A stretch of DNA of 63,685 nt, the filler included, from Octopus bimaculoides (Eukaryota), in the NCBI RefSeq assembly GCF_001194135.2. It is 5 parts of 5 records of this genome, joined end to end, with 100 filler letters (N's around TTAATTAATTAA, not from the genome) between each part and the next. Parts side by side here need not be neighbours in the genome. Positions count along the whole stretch, not along the records: positions 43,571 to 61,911 come from NC_068981.1; positions 62,012 to 63,685 come from NW_026415169.1; 3 more parts are not named here. One strand, 5' to 3'. Positions 47,889 to 62,465 of this stretch are shown piece after piece. The number at the start of each line of letters is the position of its first letter. Positions within the stretch are counted from its first letter, which is position 1. The notes beneath the pieces were generated by a model. It made no database searches. It worked only from the letters and a program-made list of their open reading frames with translations, and had not been told where the DNA came from. Both the position numbers and the translations under genes were made by a program.

Positions 47889-49830
47889 NNNNNNNNNNNN
47901 NNNNNNNNNNNNNNNNNNNNNNNNNNNNNNNNNNNNNNNNNNNNNNNNNNNNNNNNNNNNNNNNNNNNNNNNNNNNNNNNNNNNNNNNNNNNNNNNNNNN
48001 NNNNNNNNNNNNNNNNNNNNNNNNNNNNNNNNNNNNNNNNNNNNNNNNNNNNNNNNNNNNNNNNNNNNNNNNNNNNNNNNNNNNNNNNNNNNNNNNNNNN
48101 NNNNNNNNNNNNNNNNNNNNNNNNNNNNNNNNNNNNNNNNNNNNNNNNNNNNNNNNNNNNNNNNNNNNNNNNNNNNNNNNNNNNNNNNNNNNNNNNNNNN
48201 NNNNNNNNNNNNNNNNNNNNNNNNNNNNNNNNNNNNNNNNNNNNNNNNNNNNNNNNNNNNNNNNNNNNNNNNNNNNNNNNNNNNNNNNNNNNNNNNNNNN
48301 NNNNNNNNNNNNNNNNNNNNNNNNNNNNNNNNNNNNNNNNNNNNNNNNNNNNNNNNNNNNNNNNNNNNNNNNNNNNNNNNNNNNNNNNNNNNNNNNNNNN
48401 NNNNNNNNNNNNNNNNNNNNNNNNNNNNNNNNNNNNNNNNNNNNNNNNNNNNNNNNNNNNNNNNNNNNNNNNNNNNNNNNNNNNNNNNNNNNNNNNNNNN
48501 NNNNNNNNNNNNNNNNNNNNNNNNNNNNNNNNNNNNNNNNNNNNNNNNNNNNNNNNNNNNNNNNNNNNNNNNNNNNNNNNNNNNNNNNNNNNNNNNNNNN
48601 NNNNNNNNNNNNNNNNNNNNNNNNNNNNNNNNNNNNNNNNNNNNNNNNNNNNNNNNNNNNNNNNNNNNNNNNNNNNNNNNNNNNNNNNNNNNNNNNNNNN
48701 NNNNNNNNNNNNNNNNNNNNNNNNNNNNNNNNNNNNNNNNNNNNNNNNNNNNNNNNNNNNNNNNNNNNNNNNNNNNNNNNNNNNNNNNNNNNNNNNNNNN
48801 NNNNNNNNNNNNNNNNNNNNNNNNNNNNNNNNNNNNNNNNNNNNNNNNNNNNNNNNNNNNNNNNNNNNNNNNNNNNNNNNNNNNNNNNCTTTCATCTTTT
48901 CGGGGTCGATAAATTAAGTACCAGTTGCGTACTGGAGTCGATCTAATCGACTGGCTCCCCACTCCCCAAAAATTTCAGGCCTTGTGCCTAGAGTAGAAAA
49001 GAATATTTAAGGTGGCGAGCTGGCAGAAACGTTAGCACGCCGGGCGAAATGCTTAACGGTATTTCATCTGTCTTTACGTTCTGAGTTCAAATTCCGCCCA
49101 GGTCGACTTTGCCTTTCATCTTTTCGGGGTCGATAAATTAAGTACTAGTTGCGTACTGGGTCGATCTAAACGACTGCCTCACCTCCCCAAAAATTTCGGG
49201 CCTTGTGCCTAGAGTAGAAAATGTTATGTATGGGTTACTGGCGTTGATCTAAAAAGATAAAAGGATATATTGTTACTCTTTCACAGCGTCGACCAGATTC
49301 GTGTCATTTATAATCAAGCGAGACATAACACTATTTGCTGCTGCTTGCCTTCTACATAACGTGTTTCGAATTCTAATTTCTAGTATTTCATTTTAAGTGT
49401 ATTTGTGGTATGCCGATATCGTTGTTGCTGTTGATGAAGTTCATTAAGCTCCAGTTCAGTGTTGCTATCGAGTTGACCAAGTGTGGCCAAGTGATTAGGG
49501 TTTTCGGCTCACGATCGTATAATCGTGATTTCGATACTCCGCGATACGTTATGTCCTTGAGAAAGACATTTTATTTCACATTTTATTCCACTCGGCTGAC
49601 AAAATTGAGTAATACTTGTATTTCAAAGGGTCAGCTTTGTCACATCCGCTATCACACTGAATCTCAGCCACTTGCACATTAATTTCACAAGCCGGCTGAT
49701 CCGTTAACTGGAGTGACCAAAATCAAAGGCAATCAAGATGTGACCATCCCGCCTTTCCTTTCCCGAGACACAGTGTATCATGATAATAATCCTACATACA
49801 CTTAAGTGTTCCTTTTGTTTGTACGTCGAA

Positions 49831-50087
49831 TGTCCTTGAGCAAGACACTTTATTCACATTGCTCCAGTCTACTCAGCCTGCAAAAATGAGTAGTACTTGT
49901 ATTTCAAACGGCCATCCTTGTCACACTCTGTGTCACGCTGAATCTCCCTGAGAACTACATTAAGGGTACACGTGTCTGTGGAGTGCTCAGTCACTTGCAC
50001 ATTAATTTCACGAGCAGGCTGTTCCGCTGATCGGATCAGCTGGCACCCTCGTCGTCGTAACCGACGGAGTGCTCCTACTCCTACTCT
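49831..50087 (+). mobile_element. 5'-truncated SINE with 12-bp TSD
   Basis: TACGTCGAATGT at 49822-33 and 50088-99. Same tail as 27495 and 10180, ending in CTCCTA repeats. An older, internally deleted copy lies at about 49478-49710. Confidence 0.88.
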
Positions 50088-51621
50088 TACGTCGAATGTG
50101 ATTTGAATTAGAAGTAGCTACTCTTTCTAGCAGCTCCTCATTGTTTATGATGGCGGGATATGATTGTCTTTTGTATTGCTTGCAAAAAATGGAGTCACCG
50201 GTTAATCGCCGTTGTTGTTGTAGTTGTTGTTGTAGTTTAGTCCTAGCCAACCAGTGGTGAAGCAAGAGTGTTGCCGCATGGCGCAGCCCTCTAGTTTGCA
50301 CCCCACTACTTCCGCACCCACCACCACTACCACCACTTCTGCCTCTATACAGGCTTGTATATCTAAAAATCTCGCCCCCATAAAAGCGTTGCCCGGGGNN
50401 NNNNNNNNGCTTATGCTACAGAAAGAAGCCAACTCAAATCCTGCTAACCTATAAACAAAAAATTCCAGTATGGTCTCTTCTCCCCACCGTCACTTTTAGC
50501 AATATTTAAGACTACAATATCTAATGTTGCTATCCCTTTATTTCAGGCGACGATGTTATAATTTCGAGCAATGGCTCTCAACCGAGGTCCATATGACTTT
50601 CGGGAGTCCTCGTAAGATATCATTGTTAAAACTTATCTGTAATAAATTGGTTATAATTCTATACGACACGAAATATTTTTTTAATTATTTTTTTCATACA
50701 TGCTGTGTGGTAAGTAGCTTGCTTACCAACCACATGGTTCCGGGTTCAGTCCCACTGCGGGGCACCTTGGGCAAGTGTCTTTTTGTTATTTCTTTTTCCC
50801 CACACATTCACTTTTCTTTTATTCTTTCACTTGTTTCAGTCACTTGACTGAGGCCATGCTGGAGCACCGCCTTTTTGTCGAACAAATCAACCCCCAAGAC
50901 TTATTATTTGTAAGCCTAGTACTATTTTCTATTTGGCGAACTGCTAAGTTACGGGTACGTAAACACACCATCAGTTGACAAGCAATGGTGAGGGAACAAA
51001 CACAGACACACAAATATATATATGTATATATATACATATATATGACGGGCTTCATTCAGTTTCCATCAATCAAATCCACTCACAAGACTTTGGTCGGCCC
51101 GAGTATATAATAAAGGTGTCACGCAGTGGCACTGAACCCGGAACCATGAGGCAGGGAGGCAAGCTTTTTACCACACAGCCACGCCGAACTTCCAGCAATT
51201 CGGCTTTGAAAACTATATTATTGTGCCAAATTTTAAAATTTTCGATAAACTTTGATTTTTGAAATGCTGGCAGCCAAACCAATTAGATCCCCTGCGCTTT
51301 GTGTAACTTTGCAACAACAGTCTTGGAGAGAACATGCTTCAGAAGCCAGAAACACGTTGAACTATGTAAAGCATTAGAGAAAGAAACCTAGTTGTTTCTT
51401 GCATAAAGATTTTTGTACGATTTACGATTTTTGTGTCTTGTTTAAAGCATAAAGATTTTTGTACGTCAATCGTTGCTAAGCTCCAGATTAGCCCTAATCG
51501 AGCAGAACTATGATCAATATGTTCCAGATATTTTTTTATTGACCTTTAAAATAATACTTCGTTTTTTTTTTTGTTTTTTTTTTGCAAGATTCTTTTTATG
51601 AATTCGTGTGTTGAAGCATAT

Positions 51622-51814
51622 TTTATTGTCAGGGGACAGTCTTTTTCTTTTAATGCCTTATTAATTTAACACATTCACCAGACTGATTTCCACTCGTTTA
51701 GTGCCTTGTTAATTTAATTAAAGTAAAAATAAATAAATGAGTGGAAATCAGACCGGTGAGTCTGTTAAATTAATAAGGCACTAAAAGAGAATGGCTCTCC
51801 CCAGACACAATAAA
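51622..51814. repeat. Palindromic MITE-like repeat
   Basis: Degenerate ~75-bp arms (GCCTTATTAATTTAACA / TGTTAAATTAATAAGGC; CTGATTTCCACTC / GAGTGGAAATCAG). Confidence 0.7.
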
Positions 51815-52221
51815 TTAATACTGTAAATACAAAATATACTATTTTATATGCTTTGATCCCCAAATTTTATATAAATCCCCAGGGGGTATTTGGACCCCAG
51901 TTCAGGACAAATTTGGTTGCTATTTCGAGCGACAACATAAAGCATCTTTTTGGATTTAGTAGGGAGTGTTCCTTAAGAGGATCAGTTCTTTTTCTTGTTG
52001 TTTAGAATCAGATAAGCCCCGACTGAAGCAACCCTTTCAAAGACGTTCCAACTGTGACCATCCCATTTTTTTCTTCACGCAACATTATTTAGGACCACTT
52101 TATCTTAATATGCTTTGCTATTTTTAAAGGCAATAGGAGTCTGTCTTAGCGGCATTTAACTGCTGTTTTAGGAGGTCGGACGACCGCATAGTGACTCCCT
52201 AGAATAGTAATAGCTTCAAGA

Positions 52222-52288
<67 letters not shown>

Positions 52289-53017
52289 TCTTGTTTTGGA
52301 GCGGTAGCAGCAACAGACATGAATGAATAGGTTTAGTTGTTTGCCAGACGACNNNNNNNNNNNNNNNNNNNNNNNNNNNNNNNNNNNNNNNNNNNNNNNN
52401 NNNNNNNNNNNNNNNNNNNNNNNNNNNNNNNNNNNNNNNNNNNNNNNNNNNNNNNNNNNNNNNNNNNNNNNNNNNNNNNNNNNNNNNNNNNNNNNNNNNN
52501 NNNNNNNNNNNNNNNNNNNNNNNNNNNNNNNNNNNNNNNNNNNNNNNNNNNNNNNNNNNNNNNNNNNNNNNNNNNNNNNNNNNNNNNNNNNNNNNNNNNN
52601 NNNNNNNNNNNNNNNNNNNNNNNNNNNNNNNNNNNNNNNNNNNNNNNNNNNNNNNNNNNNNNNNNNNNNNNNNNNNNNNNNNNNNNNNNNNNNNNNNNNN
52701 NNNNNNNNNNNNNNNNNNNNNNNNNNNNNNNNNNNNNNNNNNNNNNNNNNNNNNNNNNNNNNNNNNNNNNNNNNNNNNNNNNNNNNNNNNNNNNNNNNNN
52801 NNNNNNNNNNNNNNNNNNNNNNNNNNNNNNNNNNNNNNNNNNNNNNNNNNNNNNNNNNNNNNNNNNNNNNNNNNNNNNNNNNNNNNNNNNNNNNNNNNNN
52901 NNNNNNNNNNNNNNNNNNNNNNNNNNNNAGGCAGGATACAGGAGAAGGGAAGAGTAAATGAGTTTGAGTCTATTTACTCGTGAAAGCAATATAAACAGTG
53001 CGTGCGTGTATGCGTGC

Positions 53018-53062
<45 letters not shown>

Positions 53063-54278
53063 CGTGTGCGCGTGTTTTAAGGCAGTGATGTGACAGAATC
53101 GTTAGAGCGTCGAACAAAATGCTTCGCAATACTTGTTCTGACTCTCGATCTGCGTTGTGAGCTCGAATCTAGCCGAAATCCAATTCGCTTTTCATCCCAC
53201 TCGGGATTGGAGAAACTAGAGATACCAATCTAAGGCCGTGAATTAGGGAAAGGACTTCGGACCGGATTTCTTGCCGTATTCATTTTGGCTCTTTATGTTC
53301 TAAGTTCAAATACTGCCATGTCCTACATGGTTGGTAACCTTAATCGGCTCCTCGGTTTATCACCGTCATTTCGTACCTCGAGTGTCTTTAATGGAGTCCA
53401 CTCTGTTGTCCACGGAAAAATATAAGATCCACAAGAAGGATTTTTGTACGTCAGTCGTTGCTAAGCTCTAGTTCAGCCTTAGTCGAGCAGAACTATGATC
53501 AATATGTTCCAGTTATGACCATCGCGCCAAAAATTCAGTATCAATCACATCCATTTCTGTCTGGCAGTATAATATAAGGCTAAAGCGGCGAGCTGGAAGG
53601 ATCGTTAGGACACCGGACAAAATGCTTAGGGTCGATGTAATCGATTATCCCCGAACTTATTGGCCGTGTGCCAAAATTTGAAACCATTATTAATAGCAGG
53701 AAAAGGCGGCGAGCTGACAGAAACGTTAGCACGCTGGGCGAAATGCTTGGCGGTATTTCGTCTGCCGTTACGTTCTGAGTTCAAATTCCGCCGAGGTCGA
53801 CTTTGTCTTTCATCCTTTCGGGGTCATATCAGAATCAATATAACATTCCTGTTTGAATAAGGAAGCCTTTGTACCATCATTTCATCTGTTTGATAACAGC
53901 CAAATCGCCCTCAAATCGCACCTACAAGTCGTCTTTAGAAAAATGTGCGACATATTTGATAATACAATATTGAATACATTGCTTAAATAATTTACTGATA
54001 GAGTTTATCTCTCGATGATTTGCAAATCACTTGACTCCCAAATCCGGGATCATCTCGAAAGGAATCAGTTCAATTTTGCAAATGAAGTTAAGTTTCTTCT
54101 AAGTGTCTTTTCCTGATGATCACGGTTTGGGGTTGAAACGATATGAAAAGTGCCAAGAAATATGAACTCGTTGAATAAATTTTATGTAACTTTGCTACTT
54201 TCGAGGTTCTGAGCTCCCAATAACTGAAAGCGGTCTTCTTTCTTTTTGAACTTTGAATACTATGAGCGTTGTTTAAAT

Positions 54279-54535
54279 CAGGGGTTTTCAACCATTTTTT
54301 TTTTATCTATGGATTCCTTTGATCCCTATTTTATTCTGCTGGTACCTCATAGCCATTCAATGTTTTAAACAATCCCATTATATTTTTATAATTAAATATT
54401 AAGAGAAATTGTATTAAAAGAATTAGAATATTTTGTGTATTGTAGAAGTATAACCAATTTATTATACATGAATTTTAACAAGAATATTTTATAGGGACCC
54501 CCAGGGGCCGTATGGATCCCGGTTGAGAACTGCTG
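54279..54535. mobile_element. hAT (Charlie-like) MITE, 257 bp
   Basis: TIRs CAGGGGTTTTCAACC / GGTTGAGAACTGCTG. 8-bp TSD GTTTAAAT / GTTTAGAT. Partial copies at about 46320-46443, 50566-50690 and 33855. Confidence 0.85.
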
Positions 54536-56093
54536 GTTTAGATAAACAATGTATCGCATTTGATCATAAGTCTGTTCAAGCATAGGCTATGACCTGGGGT
54601 TAAATTACATAACAAAAGACTTCTAGTGCTAAAATAGCATTCCTGATAAAAAAAAACATACATTGTAACACTTTCTAGCCAAAAGCAGCAGTAATGACTA
54701 CCATAAGGGCTGTTCAATCATAAGCTGTGACCTGGGGTTAAATTACATAACAATACAAGACTTCAAGTGCTTGAATAGTGGTATTCCTAATATAATAGAC
54801 ATATACATTGCAAGAGTTTCTAACCAAAAGCAGCAGTATGATAACTACGTAATCAATACCATAAAGCCCCCATATGTGTTGACAAGCAACATTAAATGAG
54901 AAAACAGCACCTTGAATATACATACAGCTATAGATATAGCTTCTTCTTGACGCTAATCTCAGATCTGTTAAGTAAATCTATATCTCCTGTAGCTTCGACA
55001 AGGCTTTTATAAGACGACACCCTCCTGTCTAACTACCCACATCATCATACCACAGCTCTGACGCGTTTCAGCTAATCTTCATTTAACTAATCTAAGTTAC
55101 CACACAGGTTCACAGCTTCCGACCAAACACATTAAGTTCTAACTTCGTATTTTCACAGATATTCGAGGTGCGTGGGGAAAACAGAGGGTACAGCTGGTTC
55201 GGGTTTTGTTTTTGTTATTGTTTTTCTTTTTGTAACATGTTTCCATTCCAAGCAGGTAATGCACCACTTATTTCGTGTTTCCTCGTAGACTTTCGTATTT
55301 TTCTTTTCCAGACAATTCTCTGAATTAGAAGAAAAAATAGCTTAAAATCACCAGATCAGAGAATTACATAAAACAGGGGGTTTTTTCTGCTTCTTATAAG
55401 TTATATAGCCCCAGGTTAAACCTGATTCAGTGAAGCTACATTCCAAGGCGTTACAACCGTGACTCTTCCATATTTTCTTCACGGATTCTCCGTTGGTAAT
55501 GACGATGGGTATTTAGTTGATGGAGCAACGTTATTCCTACTCGTAAAACTAAAGTGTAACACTGGAACTATAACGTAATTCTCACATTAAATCGGTAAAC
55601 CAAGCTGGATTTTTGATGTACAAACACATTCCAGAGAGTCAGAGACAGAGAACAGAAATGACCATAATATTGGTTTCATATTTTGGTACAAGGTCAACAA
55701 TTTCTAGGAAGGGAGTAAAACAATTACATCGGCCCTAGTGTAAAATTGGTACTTATTTTATCGACCCCGAAAGGATGAAAAGCAGAGTCAACCCCGACGG
55801 TAATCCAGTATTACAAGTAGCCCTTTATTATATTGATTTCAAATTTTTGACTTAAGGCCAGCAATTTCGTGGAAGGGGTAAAGCGATTTCATCGACCCCA
55901 GTGTTCAACTAGTACTTATTTTATCGACCCCGAAAGGATGAAAGGCAAAGTTGACCCCAGCAGCATTTGAACTCGAAGCGTAAAGTCGGAAGAAATGCCG
56001 TTAAGTATTTTTTCCTGTGCGGTGACGATTCTGCCAGCCTGCCACTTTAGAAACGACCCTAATATTAGACTGGTATTTTAGTTATCGACCCCA

Positions 56094-56254
56094 CAATGGC
56101 GTAGCTAGTGTGTGTGTGCCGTTCGGTACAGCCCTCGAGTTTAACGGCAACACCGCCCCTTATACGGGTTTATACAGCTGACCCAAAAATGCCACCTCCT
56201 TAAAAACGTCTCCTGGTGTGGACTGCCCCTGTCGTCCCCCTAGCTACACAACTG
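56094..56254. mobile_element. Possible hAT-like MITE
   Basis: Ends CAATGGCGTAGCTAG / CTAGCTACACAACTG. No TSD recovered. Confidence 0.4.
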
Positions 56255-59200
56255 ATTGGGCTGGTAATTTATTTCTCGATCCTGACCGAATGAAATCAAT
56301 GTTGACCATGGTGGAATTTGAATTCAGAGAGCCAAGATCCGGATCAAAAACTGAGATATTTTATCCGACATTTTAACGGTCTTGCCAATTCGCTCCCTTA
56401 TTTGTATATCTGTAACTATTACTTTACATATGTCATTTCATTTTTAAGACGGTCAGATGTAATTTGAGGGATGTTTGACAGCTATTTCTGATAGGCCCAG
56501 CGACTGCGTACACGCTTGTTCGTTGACTGCTTCTGAAGAGGGGTCAAGCCCCAGGACAGGTAAAAATTGAAGTCTATTGAATTGTTGGGTAGGGGATGGT
56601 GGTTATGTTACTACAGTTGCTGTTGGTGGTGGTGGTGGTCGTGATGGTGGTGGTGGTGGTGGTCGTCGTGGTAGTGGTGGTTTGGTGGTGGTGGTGGTGG
56701 TGGTTTTGGTTCATCCTACTCAAGTAAACTAATGATCAAAAGCAGTCCAACGATGCCCATCACATTATATTTATGGTTATCTACGACTACATTTCTCATT
56801 ATGTTCTATCTGTTTCATGAAGGTAAGATTCGATTTGAAAAGGATTCGTTGCTATTTCTTGTAGGTCGAGCCACCACAAAGAGGCAACGTGTACGTGTGT
56901 ATGAGGGTATCTGTGTATGAGTGTGAGTGTGTCTGTGTGATTGTCATCTGCACATCTGTGCATGTGTGTGAGTGTATGTAAAGGTGTGTGTATGTGTGTC
57001 TGTGTGTCAGTGTGTGTTAAAGAAATGTCAATACAATCTATAATTATATAAATAATATCACAATTTTCCTGTCTGATGTCATCTAAGTTGAAATTCTCCT
57101 TTCGTTAGTGTGAAAGAGGACACAGTTACGAGTGAGTACGGGTGCGTACACACACCACATTCACACATCCATATGTATGCGCGCGCGCGTTTGTGTGCGA
57201 AAGAGAGAGAGAGAGAGAGTATGGTAAAAGAGAAAGCGGTGGGGAGAGTGAGGGCAAAAGAGGAGATGGTGAATGATTGTTCTATATTTGTGAATGAAGC
57301 TTCATTGAATTCTTACAGTTATGACTAATCGCCACTGACACTTGATATCGAAAACTAAATCCGTCTGACACCAGTATGTTCTCTCTCGTTCATTCATTCC
57401 TTTTAAGCTACTATTATTATATCTTTTGTGTTGGGACGACCTTGTGTCATATATATATATATATATATATATATATNNNNNNNNNNATGTATAGGTGCAT
57501 ATCTGGGTACAGGACATTGCAAACAAAACGTAGATATATATATACATTCATTTATTTATTTATTTATATACATATTTATTATATATGAGAGCTTATTAGT
57601 ACAGTTACATAGGCGACGAGCTGACTGAATTTTAAACATGCCGGACAAAATTCTCAGTGGCATTTCGTCCCAAATTCTGTCGAGGTCGATCTTGCATTTC
57701 ATCCTTTCGGGGACAATAAAACAAGTACGAAGATCTGGGGTGATACAATTGACTAACCCTCTCCCTCAAAAATCTCAAGCCTTCTGCCTTTGGTGGAAAT
57801 GATATTAGTACAGGTACAACACCCAGTTTCCGGATACTAATGGCCCAGAACCTCTTGTAAACCGAACTAATTTACACTAATGTACAGGTACTTGTATTTA
57901 ATTTAATCAATTAAGTTTAATATTTGTTTGATATTAAGAGTGTGTTGACCAAGGTGACCACCTCTGGTTTGAAAAAAATCAGTGCTAAAAGTTTCGGAAC
58001 GTCGGTGTTGTACCGGTGACTTGATCTCAAGACCAGTGGATAGCAGGAGGGATTTATATGTCTTTTATCTTACTGCGGTCGATAGAATAAATATTATTTA
58101 CGAAAATTGGGTTTCCGTGAGGTATAAGTGACCCAGATCACAACATTGCCCATCAACGGGACGCCAGCCTGTTGCTGGGCTCAAAGCCAGTAATTTTGAG
58201 GGGAAGGGAAAAGTAGATTACATCGACCCTAGTGCTAGATTAAAACTTTATTTTATCGACGACGAAAGGAGGGAAGCTGACTATGGCGGAATTTGAACTC
58301 AGAACGTAAAGAGACAAAAAATGTGCCACAAAACTTTTTTGGTCCGGCATAACGATTCCGCCAGTTCGACTCCTTTTTTGTAGTTCGAGATAAGACTAGA
58401 AAGACATGGAGAGCTGGCTGAATCGTTAGCACACCGGACAAAACGCTTAGCGGCATTTTGTCTGTATTTACTTTCAGAGTTCAAATTCCGCCGAGGTCGA
58501 CTTTGCCTTTCATCCTTTCGGAATCGATGAAATAAGTACCAGTGGATCACTGGGATTATTGGGGTCGATATAATCAGCTAACCTCCTCCCCCCGAGAATT
58601 GCTAGCCTTGTGCCTTGAAACCAATAAAAGACAAGCAAAATAGCCAAACCACGGCGAGAATGTTTTTGATCTTAAATCAGCGGGATCAGGTCTGACCCAC
58701 TTTGAAAGCGTCTCAGCAACAGCAATAACCATAATTAGTATTGTGTTGCTCCTCCCCCTCTAACACAGTAATACTTTCAATAAAACATATGTACCATAAT
58801 ACTTTTTACATCTCGTAACAGTCATACGTCAAACCCCTAATTGCTAATTAAGTCTATTTTTATCTTTACATTTAATGAGGTGTTTTGACATGATATATTA
58901 TCATTGCTGACGTCATACACAAGGCTAAATTAAAATTATAACCCAACGTAATAATTAAACAAGATGTTTCCAGTGCCTAAGTGTTAATTAACCAACATAA
59001 GTCCCTTAAGTGACACGAGATGATGTCCCATCTTGATCCCATATGGCAACTAGACGCATGCTTACAGTCACAGAACCGAACTTCATCTAAATCTCTCTGG
59101 AATTCGGCTGAATTAAACTTTACATTCCTCTTATCTGATAAGGAAGTACCAGTGATATCCTGAGGTTGACGGGAGTGCCAAGAGGTGAAATAAGTGTCAT

Positions 59201-59362
59201 CGAGGATATGTTTTCATTTTTCTGTTTAAGAAATAGAAAAAAGAAAGAAAGAAAAGGGGAAAGGAACGAACGAATAAAGGAAGGAAATAGGATAAAAAGA
59301 AAAAAAATGAATTTAGAAAGAAAGAAAAAATGGACAGAGAAGGAAAGAAAGAAAGGAAGGAA

Positions 59363-59396
<34 letters not shown>

Positions 59397-59534
59397 AGGA
59401 AGGAAGGAAGGAAGGAAGGAAGGAAGGGGAGGGAGGGAAGGAGGGAGGTAGGGAACGAGGAAGGGAGGAAAGAATGCATGTGTCTGCGTGTGTGTGTGTG
59501 TGAGTGTGTACGTGCGTGCGTGTATTTGCATATA

Positions 59535-59739
59535 CGAGGGAGTGCTGAAAAGCTCCTGGTTTTAAGGGTGTCGCGAAAGGCCTGGCTGGAGGCCCAACCT
59601 TCCGAGCTCTTTTACAGGGCTTAGAAAAGCTGAAGGGCCGCTGCAGTGAGTGTGTGACTCTGGGAGAGGAATATATTGTATAAAATCATATTGTATAAAC
59701 TGATCCTCCTGTATTTTCTTTTACCCAAAGCCAGGAACT
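59535..59739 (+). mobile_element. Mariner deletion derivative carrying the transposase C-terminus
   Basis: TA-CGAGGGAGTGCTGAAAAGCTCCTGG 5' TIR. Reads AWLEAQPSE / LQGLEKLKGRCSECVTLGEEYIV* (cf. RW.KCV...GEY). Partial 3' TIR AAAGCCAGGAACT. Confidence 0.8.
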
Positions 59740-61093
59740 CAGTTGAGTTCCAGATTATCTTTGCAATTTCGGCCGGTTATGCTCGAGATTGCTCCAGTCT
59801 GGCCAGCCCCAAGGACAAACTAAGTTAAAAGATCATGAGATTCCTTGGAAGAAAGCAGCGAATGTAGACGAAAACAAGGACGGCAAAAACGGAGAAAGTT
59901 ACACAAATACAAATGACAGGACATAACAACAGGTGTCTTTCGACTATACATACATACACATATATATATATATATATATACTCATATATTGTTTATATAT
60001 ATATATATATACATACGCGCACGTGAGTCGTCTAAGAGACCACAAGTCGAGAAAAAGATGCACTCGTATATCTGTCAGTTGAGTGGGTTTATTAGCCGAA
60101 ATGTATAGTATTAAATATCAATCACGGCTGGTCTTAACACTCCATTGTANNNNNNNNNNAGTGAAAAGCAGTAGATGAGTTGATCAGTAGTATGAATATT
60201 GGTTTCAAATTTTGACACAAGGCCAGCAATTTCCGGGGAGGGTGTAAGTCGATTACATCGACCTCAGTGCACGGCTGGTACTTATTTGTCGATTCCGGAA
60301 GGATGAAAGGCAAAGTCGACCTCGGCGGAATTTGAACTCAGAACGTAAAGACAGACGAAATGCCGCTAAGCATTTTGCTCGACATGCTAACGATTCTGCT
60401 AGCTCTTCGCCTTCGGTAATGTAAATATTGATATGCCAGATATATACTCTCTCTCTCTCTCTCTCTCTCTTTTACTCTTTTATTTGTTTCAGTCATTTGA
60501 CTGTGGCCATGCTGGAGCACCGCCTTTAGTCGAGTAAATCGACCCCAGGACATTCTTTGTAAGCCTAGTACTTATTCGATCGAACCGCTAAGTTTCGAGG
60601 ACGTAAACACACCAGCATCAATAGTCAAGCGATGTTGGGGGGGGGGGGCAAACACAGGCACACAAACATATGCACACACACATACATATACATATATACG
60701 ACGGGCTTCTTTCAGTTTCCGTCTACCAAATCCACTCACATGGCTTTGGTCGGCCCGAGGCTATAGTAGAAGACACTTGCCCAAGGTGCGACGCAGTGGG
60801 ACTGAACCCGGAACCATGTGGTTCGTAAGCAAGCTACTTACCACACCGCCACTCTTGACGTAGCGTGATGGCAGATTCGTTAGCACGCCGGGTGAAATGC
60901 TTAGCGGTATTTCGTCCGTCTTTACGTTCTGAGTTCAAATTCTGCCGAGGTCGACTTTGCCTTTCATCCTTTCGGGGTCGATAAATTAAGTAGCAGTTAC
61001 GCACTGGGGTCGATGTGCTCGACTATAACCTCTCCTTCAAATTCCAAGCTTTGTGCCTGTAGTGGAAATGAAGAAAGAAAGAATTGTATAATG

Positions 61094-61402
61094 CAGTGGT
61101 TCCCAAACGGGGCGATGCTGCTCCTCTGAGGGCGGTAGAAAGTTCCAAGTGGGGCGCTGAAGAAAACTGGGGTGATAATGAGGTAGCAATTCATGTAAAA
61201 AGTGGGACGATAATGAGGTGGCGATTCACGTAAAAACAACAAAATAATGGGTTCATTAGGTTAAGTTATATTTGTGAAATACAGTTGTTTTGAATTTGCT
61301 TCAGAAAGGTTTATGCTTGTGATGGTTAGTTGGGGTGAAGGCGGTAGGAACGTGGCCCGGGTGTCAAGGGGGCGGCAGCCCGTAAAAGTTTGCGAATCAC
61401 TA
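61094..61402. mobile_element. hAT-like MITE
   Basis: CAGTGGTTCCCAAAC ... GTTTGCGAATCACTA. TSD only partly conserved. Confidence 0.65.
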
Positions 61403-61733
61403 GTATACAATGCTTTTCTTGAATAACTTACATGACTGAGAATATACGACCCATGTGTATATATTCATTATACACGTTCACATGTGGTTACATGTATATG
61501 CCAGCCGTCAACCGCGAGCGGGTTCGGCTAAGAAACATGCAATATGCTTTGGTGAATTATGTTTTCTGTCTTATGTAGTCGGGAGCAGATACAGATATCG
61601 TCTCGACTCTCCCACATTTTGACCTAACGGCGCAATGCAAAGTGTGACAGGTGGAGACAGAAACAGTTGGTATTCATTTCCAGCTGAATGGAGATTTATT
61701 TGTAGATAGATGTATGCGTGCGTGTCTATAAAC

Positions 61734-61764
<31 letters not shown>

Positions 61765-62011
61765 TGTATGTATACACAAACACATACACACACACACACG
61801 TATGTATATGAATATATCATGACTCCATACGTATGTTTAAGGTTATATGTGTATTGGTATATATGTAGATGTACATATGTAAGTATGTATATGTACATAT
61901 ATATATATATANNNNNNNNNNNNNNNNNNNNNNNNNNNNNNNNNNNNNNNNNNNNTTAATTAATTAANNNNNNNNNNNNNNNNNNNNNNNNNNNNNNNNN
62001 NNNNNNNNNNN

Positions 62012-62046
<35 letters not shown>

Positions 62047-62049
<3 letters not shown>

Positions 62050-62411
62050 GTGAAACTAATAGAAATGAAACTATTAAAAGTGAAACAACATATATGCAAA
62101 CATACTGAAACTAATAAAAATGAAGCTATTAAAAGTGAAACTATTGAAAGTGAAATTACATAAAAGTGAAACTATTATATCACATTACAATAGAGATGTT
62201 ACTGTTTCACTTTTGGCATGTAATAGCAAAACAGTCTAAGAGATTGCTCTGAGCTCGCATTAGGCAAGAAGTTGAAAGTGTTTTGGGCCCATGACATTCC
62301 ATGGACCCTAATTAATGCATGTATAAAACTTCAATGAAATCGGTTGAGTAGTTCTTAAGTTTTAGAGATGCAGACAGACACACATACAATCTCAGTTTTA
62401 TATATACAGAT
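62047..62411 (+). mobile_element. Possible Helitron/HINE-like non-autonomous repeat with ~14-bp AAAGTGAAACTATT tandem units
   Basis: 3' end AATGAAATCGGTTGAGTAGTT...CAGACAGACACACATAC...TATATATACAGAT resembles DINE/HINE-type termini (recalled pattern, not searched). Confidence 0.4.
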
Positions 62412-62465
62412 GTAAATATGCTCATAGTATTATATATATACATACATATATATATATACATATAT

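Noticed and set aside
54107-54150. Hammerhead-like CTGATGA...GAAAC flanked by CTTTTC/GAAAAG
   Set aside because: Stem II does not pair and there is no proper GUH triplet. Possibly a very old copy, but unsupported.
56528-56566. CTGAAGA-GGGG(TCAAG)CCCC hammerhead-like half
   Set aside because: GAAAC is replaced by AGGAC (3 changes) and stem I is weak.
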